From the NCBI RefSeq assembly GCF_009914755.1, contig NC_060939.1: 64,000 nt of DNA. One strand, given 5' to 3'. The position numbers and the translations under genes were made by a program. The notes under the pieces were generated by a model, which was not told where the DNA came from, searched no databases, and saw only the letters and a program-made list of their open reading frames with translations. The DNA is from the human T2T-CHM13v2.0 reference genome, Homo sapiens. This document shows positions 12,401-25,800 of the stretch, in pieces (position 1 is the stretch's first letter; each line of letters begins with the position of its first letter).

Positions 12401-15400
12401 CAGTCCATTCCTTTCGCGTCCATTCCATTCCATTTCACTCCATTCGATTCCATTCCACTCGATTCCACTTCGTTCCATTTCATTGCATTCCATTCTATTC
12501 AACTCTATTGCCTTCCATTCCATTCCATTCGATTACATTCCATGCGATTCCATTCGAAATCGAATCAATTACATTGCAATCCATTACTATTGAGTCCGTT
12601 TTATTCCAGTCCACTGCATTCTGGTCCATTCCATTTGATTCCATTCCATTTTATTCCATTCCATACAGTTGCATTCCATTGGATTCCATGCTATATCTAT
12701 AAATTCAATTCGAGACCATTGCTTTTGAGTCCATTCTATATGATTCCATTCCATTCAAGTCCATTACATTTGGTTCAATTCCATTCCATTCCAGTTGATA
12801 TCAATCCATTCGATTCCATTCCATTCGAGCACATTCCATTCGAGTCCATTCCATTCGATGCCATTCCATTTGATTCTATGCCATTAGTCTCCATTCAATT
12901 CCATTAATCTCCATTCCATTCCATTCTACTCCAACTGATTCCATTCCATTATATTCCTTTCCATTCCATTTCATTCCATTCCATTCCATTTCATTCCATT
13001 CCATTCCATTCGTGTCCATTCCACTCCAGTCCATTCCATTCGTGTCCATTCCATTCCAGTCCATTCCATTTGTGTCCACTGCATTCCATTCCACTCCATT
13101 CCATATTATTCCATTACACTCCATTCCATTCTATTACTTTCATTTCCATGCAATTCCATTCCATTTGATTCCATTCCACTCGGTTTCATTCCATTTGAGT
13201 CCACTCCATTCCATTCCATTCCATTCCATTCAGTTCCATTCCATTCTGTTCCATTCCATTCCGTTCCATTACATTCCATTCCATTCGGTACCATTCCATA
13301 TTGTTCCATTCGATTCCATTCGAATCCATTCCATTCCAGTCCATTCCATTCGATTCCATTCCATTCATTTCAATTCCATTCCATTCCATTCCATTACATT
13401 CCACTTGATTCCTCTCCATTCCCTTCCACTGCATTCCGTTCGATTCCATTCCATTGCATTGCATTCCATTCCATTGGACTGCATTCCATTCGATTCCATT
13501 CCATTCGAATCAATTACATAGCAATCCATTACATTCGAGTCTATTCTATTCCGTTCCATTCGATTTTATTCCAATCCATTCGATTCCATTCCATTCGATT
13601 CCATTCCATACTATTGCATTCCATTCGATTACATTATATTCGAATAAGTTCCATTCAAGACCATTTCTTTTGAGTCCATTCTATTTGAGTCCATTCCCTT
13701 TGATTCCATAACATTTGAGTCCATTCAATTCCATTCCTTTCGTTTCCATTCCATTTGATGCCATTCCATTCAATTCTGTTCTACTCGACTCCAATACATT
13801 CAATTCCATTCCATCCGATTCCATTACATTCTTTTCATTTCTTATCCATTTCAAGCCATTCCACTCCATTCCATTCCACTCGTTTCCTTTCCATTCGAGT
13901 CCATTCCTCTCCAGTCCATTCCGTTCAATCCATTCCATTCCAGTCCATTCCATTCGAGTCCGTTCCATTCCAATCCAATCCATTCGAGTCAATTCCATCC
14001 CATTCGATGTCTTTCCATAACGATCCATTCCATTCTATTCCTTTCGATTCCATTCCATTCTATTTCATTCCATTCGATTCCCTTCCATTGGACTCCTTTC
14101 CATTCGAGTGCATTCCATTCCGTTCCATTTCTTTCCGTTCTGTACGATTCCTACCGTTCGATTTCATTTTGTTCCAGTCCATTCCTTTCGCGTCCATTCC
14201 ATTCCATTTCACTCCATTCGATTCCATTCCACTCGATTCCACTTCGTTCCATTTCATTGCATTCCATTCTATTCAACTCTATTGCCTTCCATTCCATTCC
14301 ATTCGATTACATTCCATGCGATTCCATTCGAAATCGAATCAATTACATTACAATCCATTACTATTGAGTCCGTTTTATTCCAGTCCACTGCATTCTGGTC
14401 CATTCCATTTGATTCCATTCCATTCTATTCCATTCCATACAGTTGCATTCCATTGGATTCCATGCTATATCTATAAATTCAATTCGAGACCATTGCTTTT
14501 GAGTCCATTCTATATGATTCCATTCCATTCAAGTCCATTACATTTGGTTAAATTCCATTCCATTCCATTCCCTTCCATTCCATTCCAGTTGATATCAATC
14601 CATTCGATTCCATTCCATTCGAGCACATTCCATTCGAGTCCATTCCATTCGATGCCATTCCATTTGATTCTATTCCATTAGTCTCCATTCAATTCCATTA
14701 ATCTCCATTCCATTCCATTCTACTCCAACTGATTCCATTCCATTCCATTTCATTCCATTCCATTCCATTCGCTTCCATTCCATTCGTGTCCATTCCACTC
14801 CAGTCCATTCCATTCGTGTCCATTCCATTCCAGTCCATTCCATTTGTGTCCACTGCATTCCATTCCACTCCATTCCATATTATTCCATTACACTCCATTC
14901 CATTCTATTACTTTCATTTCCATTCAATTCCATTCCATTTGATTCCATTCCACTCGGTTTCATTCCATTTGAGTCCACTCCATTCCATTCCATTCCATTC
15001 CATTCAGTTCCATTCCATTCTGTTCCATTCCATTCCGTTCCATTGCATTCCATTCCATTCGGTACCATTCCATATTGTTCCATTCGATTCCATTCGAATC
15101 CATTCCATTCCAGTCCATTCCATTCGATTCCATTCCATTCCTTTCAATTCCATTCCATTCCATTCCATTCCACTTGATTCCACTCCATTCCCTTCCACTG
15201 CATTCCATTCGATTCCATTCCATTGCATTGCATTCCATTCCATTGGACTGCATTCCATTCGATTCCATTCCATTCGAATCAATTACATAGCAATCCATTA
15301 CATTCGAGTCTATTCTATTCCGTTCCATTCGATTTCGTTCCAATCCATTCGATTCCATTCCATTCGATTCCATTCCATACTACTGCATTCCATTCGATTA

Positions 15401-15483
15401 CATTATATTCGAATAAGTTCCATTCAAGACCATTTCTTTTGAGTCCATTCTATTTGAGTCCATTCCCTTTGATTCCATAACAT

Positions 15484-18400
15484 TTGAGTCCATTCAATTC
15501 CATTCCTTTCGTTTCCATTCCATTTGATGCCATTCCATTCAATTCTGTTCTACTCGACTCCAATACATTCAATTCCATTCCATCCGATTCCATTACATTC
15601 TTTTCATTTCTTATCCATTTCAAGCCATTCCACTCCATTCCATTCCACTCGTTTCCTTTCCATTCGAGTCCATTCCTCTCCAGTCCATTCCGTTCAATCC
15701 ATTCCATTCCAGTCCATTCCATTCGAGTCCGTTCCATTCCAGTCCAATCCATTCGAGTCAATTCCATCCCATTCGATGTCTTTCCATAACGATCCATTCC
15801 ATTCTATTCCTTTCGATTCCATTCCATTCTATTTCATTCCATTCGATTCCCTTCCATTGGACTCCTTTCCATTCGAGTGCATTCCATTCCGTTCCATTTC
15901 TTACCGTTCTGTACGATTCCTACCGTTCGATTTCATTTTGTTCCAGTCCATTCCTTTCGCGTCCATTCCATTCCATTTCACTCCATTCGATTCCATTCCA
16001 CTCGATTCCACTTCGTTCCATTTCATTGCATTCCATTCTATTCAACTCTATTGCCTTCCATTCCATTCCATTCGATTACATTCCATGCGATTCCATTCGA
16101 AATCGAATCAATTACATTGCAATCCATTACTATTGAGTCCATTTTATTCCAGTCCACTGCATTCTGGTCCATTCCATTTGATTCCATTCCATTCTATTCC
16201 ATTCCATACAGTTGCATTCCATGGATTCCATTCTATATCTATAAATTCAATTCGAGACCATTGCTTTTAAATCCATTCTATATGATTCCATTCCATTCAA
16301 GTCCATTACATTTGGTTCAATTCCATTCCATTCCATTCCCTTCCATTCCATTCCAGTTGATATCAATCCATTCGATTCCATTCCATTCGAGCACATTCCA
16401 TTCGAGTCCATTCCATTCGATGCCATTCCATTTGATTCTATTCCATTAGTCTCCATTCAATTCCATTAATCTCCATTCCATTCCACTCTACTCCAACTGA
16501 TTCCATTCCATTCTATTCCTTTCCATTCCATTTCATTCCATTCCATTCCATTCCATTCCATTCCATTCCATTCCATTCGCTTCCATTCCACTCCAGTCCA
16601 TTCCATTCGTGTCCATTCCATTCCAGTCCATTCCATTTGTGTCCACTGCATTCCATTCCACTCCGTTCCATATTATTCCATTACACTCCATTCCATTCTA
16701 TTACTTTCATTTCTATTCAATTCCGTTCCATTTGATTCCATTCCACTCGGTTTCGTTCCATTTGAGTCCACTCCATTCCATTCCATTCCATTCCATTCAG
16801 TTCCATTCCATTCTGTTCCATTCCATTCCGTTCCATTGCATTCCATTCCATTCGGTACCATTCCATATTGTTCCATTCGATTCCATTCGAATCCATTCCA
16901 TTCCAGTCCATTCCATTCGATTCCATTCCATTCCTTTCAATTCCATTCCATTCCATTCCATTCCACTTGATTCCACTCCATTCCCTTCCACTGCATTCCA
17001 TTCGATTCCATTCCATTGCATTGCATTCCATTCCATTGGACTGCATTCCATTCGATTCCATTCCATTCGAATCAATTACATAGCAATCCATTACATTCGG
17101 GTCTATTCTATTCCGTTCCATTTGATTTCATTCCAATCCATTCGATTCCATTCCATACTATTGCATTCCATTCTACTACATTATATTCCAATAAGTTCCA
17201 TTCAAGACCATTTCTTTTGAGTCCATTCTATTTGAGTCCATTCTATTTGAATCCATTCCCTTTGATTCCATAACATTTGAGTCCATTCAATTCCATTCCT
17301 TTCGTTTCCATTCCATTTGATGCCATTCCATTCAATTCTGTTCTACTCGACTCCAATACATTCAATTCCATTCCATCCGATTCCATTACATTCTTTTCAT
17401 TTCTTATCCATTTCAAGCCATTCCACTCCATTCCATTCCACTCGTTTCCTTTCCATTCGAGTCCATTCCTCTCCAGTCCATTCCGTTCAATCCATTCCAT
17501 TCCAGTCCATTCCATTCGAGTCCGTTCCATTCCAGTCCATTCCATTCGAGTCAATTCCATTCCATTCGATGTCTTTCCATAACGATCCATTCCATTCTAT
17601 TCCTTTCGATTCCATTCCATTCTATTTCATTCCATTCGATTCCCTTCCATTGGACTCCTTTCCATTCGAGTGCATTCCATTCCGTTCCATTTCTTTCCGT
17701 TCTGTACGATTCCTACCGTTCGATTTCATTTTGTTCCAGTCCATTCCTTTCGCGTCCATTCCATTCCATTTCACTCCATTCGATTCCATTCCACTCGATT
17801 CCACTTCGTTCCATTTCATTGCATTCCATTCTATTCAACTCTATTGCCTTCCATTCCATTCCATTCGATTACATTCCATGCGATTCCATTCGAAATCGAA
17901 TCAATTACATTGCAATCCATTACTATTGAGTCCGTTTTATTCCAGTCCACTGCATTCTGGTCCATTCCATTTGATTCCATTCCATTTTATTCCATTCCAT
18001 ACAGTTGCATTCCATTGGATTCCATGCTATATCTATAAATTCAATTCGAGACCATTGCTTTTGAGTCCATTCTATATGATTCCATTCCATTCAAGTCCAT
18101 TACATTTGGTTCAATTCCATTCCATTCCATTCCCTTCCATTCCATTCCAGTTGATATCAATCCATTCGATTCCATTCCATTCGAGCACATTCCATTCGAG
18201 TCCATTCCATTCGATGCCATTCCATTTGATTCTATTCCATTAGTCTCCATTCAATTCCATTAATCTCCATTCCATTCCATTCTACTCCAACTGATTCCAT
18301 TCCATTCTATTCCTTTCCATTCCATTTCATTCCATTCCATTCCATTTCATTCCATTCCATTCCATTCGTGTCCATTCCACTCCAGTCCATTCCATTCGTG

Positions 18401-21400
18401 TCCATTCCATTCCAGTCCATTCCATTTGTGTCCACTGCATTCCATTCCACTCCATTCCATATTATTCCATTATACTCCATTCCATTCTATTACTTTCATT
18501 TCCATTCAATTCCATTCCATTTGATTCCATTCCACTCGGTTTCATTCCATTTGAGTCCACTCCATTCCATTCCATTCCATTCCATTCCATTCCATTCAGT
18601 TCCATTCCATTCTGTTCCATTCCATTCCGTTCCATTACATTCCATTCCATTCGGTACCATTCCATATTGTTCCATTCGATTCCATTCGAATCCATTCCAT
18701 TCCAGTCCATTCCATTCGATTCCATTCCATTCATTTCAATTCCATTCCATTCCATTCCATTCCATTACATTCCACTTGATTCCTCTCCATTCCCTTCCAC
18801 TGCATTCCGTTCGATTCCATTCCATTGCATTGCATTCCATTCCATTGGATTGCATTCCATTCGATTCCATTCCATTCGAATCAATTACATAGCAATCCAT
18901 TACATTCGAGTCTATTCTATTCAGTTCCATTCGATTTCGTTCCAATCCATTCGATTCCATTCCATTCGATTCTATTCCATACTATTGCATTCCATTCTAT
19001 TACATTATATTCGAATAAGTTCCATTCAAGACCATTTCTTTTGAGTCCATTCTATTTGAGTCCATTCCCTTTGATTCCATAACATTTGAGTCCATTCAAT
19101 TCCATTCCTTTCGCTCCCATTCCATTTGATGCCATTCCATTCAATTCTGTTCTACTCGACTCCAATACATTCAATTCCATTCCATCCGATTCCATTACAT
19201 TCTTTTCATTTCTTATCCATTTCAAGCCATTCCACTCCATTCCATTCCACTCGTTTCCTTTCCATTCGAGTCCATTCCTCTCCAGTCCATTCCGTTCAAT
19301 CCATTCCATTCCAGTCCATTCCATTCGAGTCCGTTCCATTCCAGTCCACTCCATTCGAGTCAATTCCATCCCATTCGATGTCTTTCCATAACGATCCATT
19401 CCATTCTATTACTTTCGATTCCATTCCATTCTATTTCATTCCATTCGATTCCCTTCCATTGGACTCCTTTCCATTCGAGTGCATTCCATTCCGTTCCATT
19501 TCTTACCGTTCTGTACGATTCCTACCGTTCGATTTCATTTTGTTCCAGTCCATTCCTTTCGCGTCCATTCCATTCCATTTCACTCCATTCGATTCCATTC
19601 CACTCGATTCCACTTCGTTCCATTTCATTGCATTCCATTCTATTCAACTCTATTGCCTTCCATTCCATTCCATTCGATTACATTCCATGCGATTCCATTC
19701 GAAATCGAATCAATTTCATTGCAATCCATTACTAGTGTGTCCATTTTATTCCTGTCCACTGCATTCTGGTCCATTCCATTTGATTCCATTCCATTCTATT
19801 CCATTCCATACAGTTGCATTCAATTGGATTCCATTCTATATCTATAAATTCAATTCCAGACCATTGCTTTTGAATCCATTCTATATGATTCCATTCCATT
19901 CAAGTCCATTACATTTGGTTCAATTCCATTCCATTCCATTCCCTTCCATTCCATTCCAGTTGATATCAATCCATTCGATTCCATTCCATTCGAGCACATT
20001 CCATTGGAGTCCATTCCATTCGATGCCATTCCATTTGATTCTATTCCATTAGTCTCCATTCAATTCCATTAATCTCCATTCCATTCCATTCTACTCCAAC
20101 TGATTCCATTCCATTCTATTCCTTTCCATTCCATTTCATTCCATTCCATTCCATTTCATTCCATTCCATTCCATTCGCTTCCATTCCATTCGTGTCCATT
20201 CCACTCCAGTCCATTCCATTCGTGTCCATTCCATTCCAGTCCATTCCATTTGTGTCCACTGCATTCCATTCCACTCCATTCCATATTATTCCATTACACT
20301 CCATTCCATTCTATTACTTTCATTTCCATTCAATTCCATTCCATTTGATTCCATTCCACTCGGTTTCATTCCATTTGAGTCCACTCCATTCCATTCCATT
20401 CAGTTCCATTCCATTCTGTTCCATTCCATTCCGTTCCATTGCATTCCATTCCATTCGGTACCATTCCATATTGTTCCATTCGATTCCATTCGAATCCATT
20501 CCATTCCAGTCCATTCCATTCGATTCCATTCCATTCCTTTCAATTCCATTCCATTCCATTCCATTCCACTTGATTCCACTCCATTCCCTTCCACTGCATT
20601 CCATTCGATTCCATTCCATTGCATTGCATTCCATTCCATTGGACTGCATTCCATTCGATTCCATTCCATTCGAATCAATTACATAGCAATCCATTACATT
20701 CGAGTCTATTCTATTCCGTTCCATTCGATTTCGTTCCAATCCATTCGATTCCATTCCATTCGATTCCATTCCATACTATTGCATTCCATTCGATTACATT
20801 ATATTCGAATAAGTTCCATTCAAGACCATTTCTTTTGAGTCCATTCTATTTGAGTCCATTCCCTTTGATTCCATAACATTTGAGTCCATTCAATTCCATT
20901 CCTTTCGTTTCCATTGCATTTGATGCCATTCCATTCAATTCTGTTCTACTCGACTCCAATACATTCAATTCCATTCCATCCGATTCCATTACATTCTTTT
21001 CATTTCTTATCCATTTCAAGCCATTCCACTCCATTCCATTCCACTCGTTTCCTTTCCATTCGAGTCCATTCCTCTCCAGTCCATTCCGTTCAATCCATTC
21101 CATTCCAGTCCATTCCATTCGAGTCCGTTCCATTCCAGTCCAATCCATTCGAGTCAATTCCATCCCATTCGATGTCTTTCCATAACGATCCATTCCATTC
21201 TATTCCTTTCGATTCCATTCCATTCTATTTCATTCCATTCGATTCCCTTCCATTGGACTCCTTTCCATTCGAGTGCATTCCATTCCGTTCCATTTCTTAC
21301 CGTTCTGTACGATTCCTACCGTTCGATTTCATTTTGTTCCAGTCCATTCCTTTCGCGTCCATTCCATTCCATTTCACTCCATTCGATTCCATTCCACTCG

Positions 21401-24400
21401 ATTCCACTTCGTTCCATTTCATTGCATTCCATTCTATTCAACTCTATTGCCTTCCATTCCATTCCATTCGATTACATTCCATGCGATTCCATTCGAAATC
21501 GAATCAATTACATTGCAATCCATTACTATTGAGTCCATTTTATTCCAGTCCACTGCATTCTGGTCCATTCCATTTGATTCCATTCCATTCTATTCCATTC
21601 CATACAGTTGCATTCCATGGATTCCATTCTATATCTATAAATTCAATTCGAGACCATTGCTTTTAAATCCATTCTATATGATTCCATTCCATTCAAGTCC
21701 ATTACATTTGGTTCAATTCCATTCCATTCCATTCCCTTCCATTCCATTCCAGTTGATATCAATCCATTCGATTCCATTCCATTCGAGCACATTCCATTCG
21801 AGTCCATTCCATTCGATGCCATTCCATTTGATTCTATTCCATTAGTCTCCATTCAATTCCATTAATCTCCATTCCATTCCACTCTACTCCAACTGATTCC
21901 ATTCCATTCTATTCCTTTCCATTCCATTTCATTCCATTCCATTCCATTCCATTCCATTCCATTCCATTCCATTCCATTCGCTTCCATTCCATTCGTGTCC
22001 ATTCCACTCCAGTCCATTCCATTCGTGTCCATTCCATTCCAGTCCATTCCATTTGTGTCCACTGCATTCCATTCCACTCCGTTCCATATTATTCCATTAC
22101 ACTCCATTCCATTCTATTACTTTCATTTCTATTCAATTCCGTTCCATTTGATTCCATTCCACTCGGTTTCGTTCCATTTGAGTCCACTCCATTCCATTCC
22201 ATTCCATTCCATTCAGTTCCATTCCATTCTGTTCCATTCCATTCCGTTCCATTGCATTCCATTCCATTCGGTACCATTCCATATTGTTCCATTCGATTCC
22301 ATTCGAATCCATTCCATTCCAGTCCATTCCATTCGATTCCATTCCATTCCTTTCAATTCCATTCCATTCCATTCCATTCCACTTGATTCCACTCCATTCC
22401 CTTCCACTGCATTCCATTCGATTCCATTCCATTGCATTGCATTCCATTCCATTGGACTGCATTCCATTCGATTCCATTCCATTCGAATCAATTACATAGC
22501 AATCCATTACATTCGGGTCTATTCTATTCCGTTCCATTTGATTTCATTCCAATCCATTCGATTCCATTCCATACTATTGCATTCCATTCTACTACATTAT
22601 ATTCCAATAAGTTCCATTCAAGACCATTTCTTTTGAGTCCATTCTATTTGAGTCCATTCTATTTGAATCCATTCCCTTTGATTCCATAACATTTGAGTCC
22701 ATTCAATTCCATTCCTTTCGTTTCCATTCCATTTGATGCCATTCCATTCAATTCTGTTCTACTCGACTCCAATACATTCAATTCCATTCCATCCGATTCC
22801 ATTACATTCTTTTCATTTCTTATCCATTTCAAGCCATTCCACTCCATTCCATTCCACTCGTTTCCTTTCCATTCGAGTCCATTCCTCTCCAGTCCATTCC
22901 GTTCAATCCATTCCATTCCAGTCCATTCCATTCGAGTCCGTTCCATTCCAGTCCATTCCATTCGAGTCAATTCCATTCCATTCGATGTCTTTCCATAACG
23001 ATCCATTCCATTCTATTCCTTTCGATTCCATTCCATTCTATTTCATTCCATTCGATTCCCTTCCATTGGACTCCTTTCCATTCGAGTGCATTCCATTCCG
23101 TTCCATTTCTTTCCGTTCTGTACGATTCCTACCGTTCGATTTCATTTTGTTCCAGTCCATTCCTTTCGCGTCCATTCCATTCCATTTCACTCCATTCGAT
23201 TCCATTCCACTCGATTCCACTTCGTTCCATTTCATTGCATTCCATTCTATTCAACTCTATTGCCTTCCATTCCATTCCATTCGATTACATTCCATGCGAT
23301 TCCATTCGAAATCGAATCAATTACATTGCAATCCATTACTATTGAGTCCGTTTTATTCCAGTCCACTGCATTCTGGTCCATTCCATTTGATTCCATTCCA
23401 TTTTATTCCATTCCATACAGTTGCATTCCATTGGATTCCATGCTATATCTATAAATTCAATTCGAGACCATTGCTTTTGAGTCCATTCTATATGATTCCA
23501 TTCCATTCAAGTCCATTACATTTGGTTCAATTCCATTCCATTCCATTCCCTTCCATTCCATTCCAGTTGATATCAATCCATTCGATTCCATTCCATTCGA
23601 GCACATTCCATTCGAGTCCATTCCATTCGATGCCATTCCATTTGATTCTATTCCATTAGTCTCCATTCAATTCCATTAATCTCCATTCCATTCCATTCTA
23701 CTCCAACTGATTCCATTCCATTCTATTCCTTTCCATTCCATTTCATTCCATTCCATTCCATTTCATTCCATTCCATTCCATTCGTGTCCATTCCACTCCA
23801 GTCCATTCCATTCGTGTCCATTCCATTCCAGTCCATTCCATTTGTGTCCACTGCATTCCATTCCACTCCATTCCATATTATTCCATTATACTCCATTCCA
23901 TTCTATTACTTTCATTTCCATTCAATTCCATTCCATTTGATTCCATTCCACTCGGTTTCATTCCATTTGAGTCCACTCCATTCCATTCCATTCCATTCCA
24001 TTCCATTCCATTCAGTTCCATTCCATTCTGTTCCATTCCATTCCGTTCCATTACATTCCATTCCATTCGGTACCATTCCATATTGTTCCATTCGATTCCA
24101 TTCGAATCCATTCCATTCCAGTCCATTCCATTCGATTCCATTCCATTCATTTCAATTCCATTCCATTCCATTCCATTCCATTACATTCCACTTGATTCCT
24201 CTCCATTCCCTTCCACTGCATTCCGTTCGATTCCATTCCATTGCATTGCATTCCATTCCATTGGATTGCATTCCATTCGATTCCATTCCATTCGAATCAA
24301 TTACATAGCAATCCATTACATTCGAGTCTATTCTATTCAGTTCCATTCGATTTCGTTCCAATCCATTCGATTCCATTCCATTCGATTCTATTCCATACTA

Positions 24401-25800
24401 TTGCATTCCATTCTATTACATTATATTCGAATAAGTTCCATTCAAGACCATTTCTTTTGAGTCCATTCTATTTGAGTCCATTCCCTTTGATTCCATAACA
24501 TTTGAGTCCATTCAATTCCATTCCTTTCGCTCCCATTCCATTTGATGCCATTCCATTCAATTCTGTTCTACTCGACTCCAATACATTCAATTCCATTCCA
24601 TCCGATTCCATTACATTCTTTTCATTTCTTATCCATTTCAAGCCATTCCACTCCATTCCATTCCACTCGTTTCCTTTCCATTCGAGTCCATTCCTCTCCA
24701 GTCCATTCCGTTCAATCCATTCCATTCCAGTCCATTCCATTCGAGTCCGTTCCATTCCAGTCCACTCCATTCGAGTCAATTCCATCCCATTCGATGTCTT
24801 TCCATAACGATCCATTCCATTCTATTACTTTCGATTCCATTCCATTCTATTTCATTCCATTCGATTCCCTTCCATTGGACTCCTTTCCATTCGAGTGCAT
24901 TCCATTCCGTTCCATTTCTTACCGTTCTGTACGATTCCTACCGTTCGATTTCATTTTGTTCCAGTCCATTCCTTTCGCGTCCATTCCATTCCATTTCACT
25001 CCATTCGATTCCATTCCACTCGATTCCACTTCGTTCCATTTCATTGCATTCCATTCTATTCAACTCTATTGCCTTCCATTCCATTCCATTCGATTACATT
25101 CCATGCGATTCCATTCGAAATCGAATCAATTTCATTGCAATCCATTACTATTGTGTCCATTTTATTCCTGTCCACTGCATTCTGGTCCATTCCATTTGAT
25201 TCCATTCCATTCTATTCCATTCCATACAGTTGCATTCAATTGGATTCCATTCTATATCTATAAATTCAATTCCAGACCATTGCTTTTGAATCCATTCTAT
25301 ATGATTCCATTCCATTCAAGTCCATTACATTTGGTTCAATTCCATTCCATTCCATTCCCTTCCATTCCATTCCAGTTGATATCAATCCATTCGATTCCAT
25401 TCCATTCGAGCACATTCCATTGGAGTCCATTCCATTCGATGCCATTCCATTTGATTCTATTCCATTAGTCTCCATTCAATTCCATTAATCTCCATTCCAT
25501 TCCATTCTACTCCAACTGATTCCATTCCATTCTATTCCTTTCCATTCCATTTCATTCCATTCCATTCCATTTCATTCCATTCCATTCCATTCGCTTCCAT
25601 TCCATTCGTGTCCATTCCACTCCAGTCCATTCCATTCGTGTCCATTCCATTCCAGTCCATTCCATTTGTGTCCACTGCATTCCATTCCACTCCATTCCAT
25701 ATTATTCCATTACACTCCATTCCATTCTATTACTTTCATTTCCATTCAATTCCATTCCATTTGATTCCATTCCACTCGGTTTCATTCCATTTGAGTCCAC
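15484..25800 (+). repeat. Recent 3-unit (~5.4 kb) tandem duplication (bounds approximate)
   Basis: Offsets 5396/5416 bp. Shared 1-bp deletion CCATGGATT (16221/21617), 15-bp duplication (~17221/22637), CGCTCCCATT (~19112/24528), CAATTCCAGACC (~19851/25267), CATTGGAGTCC (~20002/25418). Confidence 0.9.
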
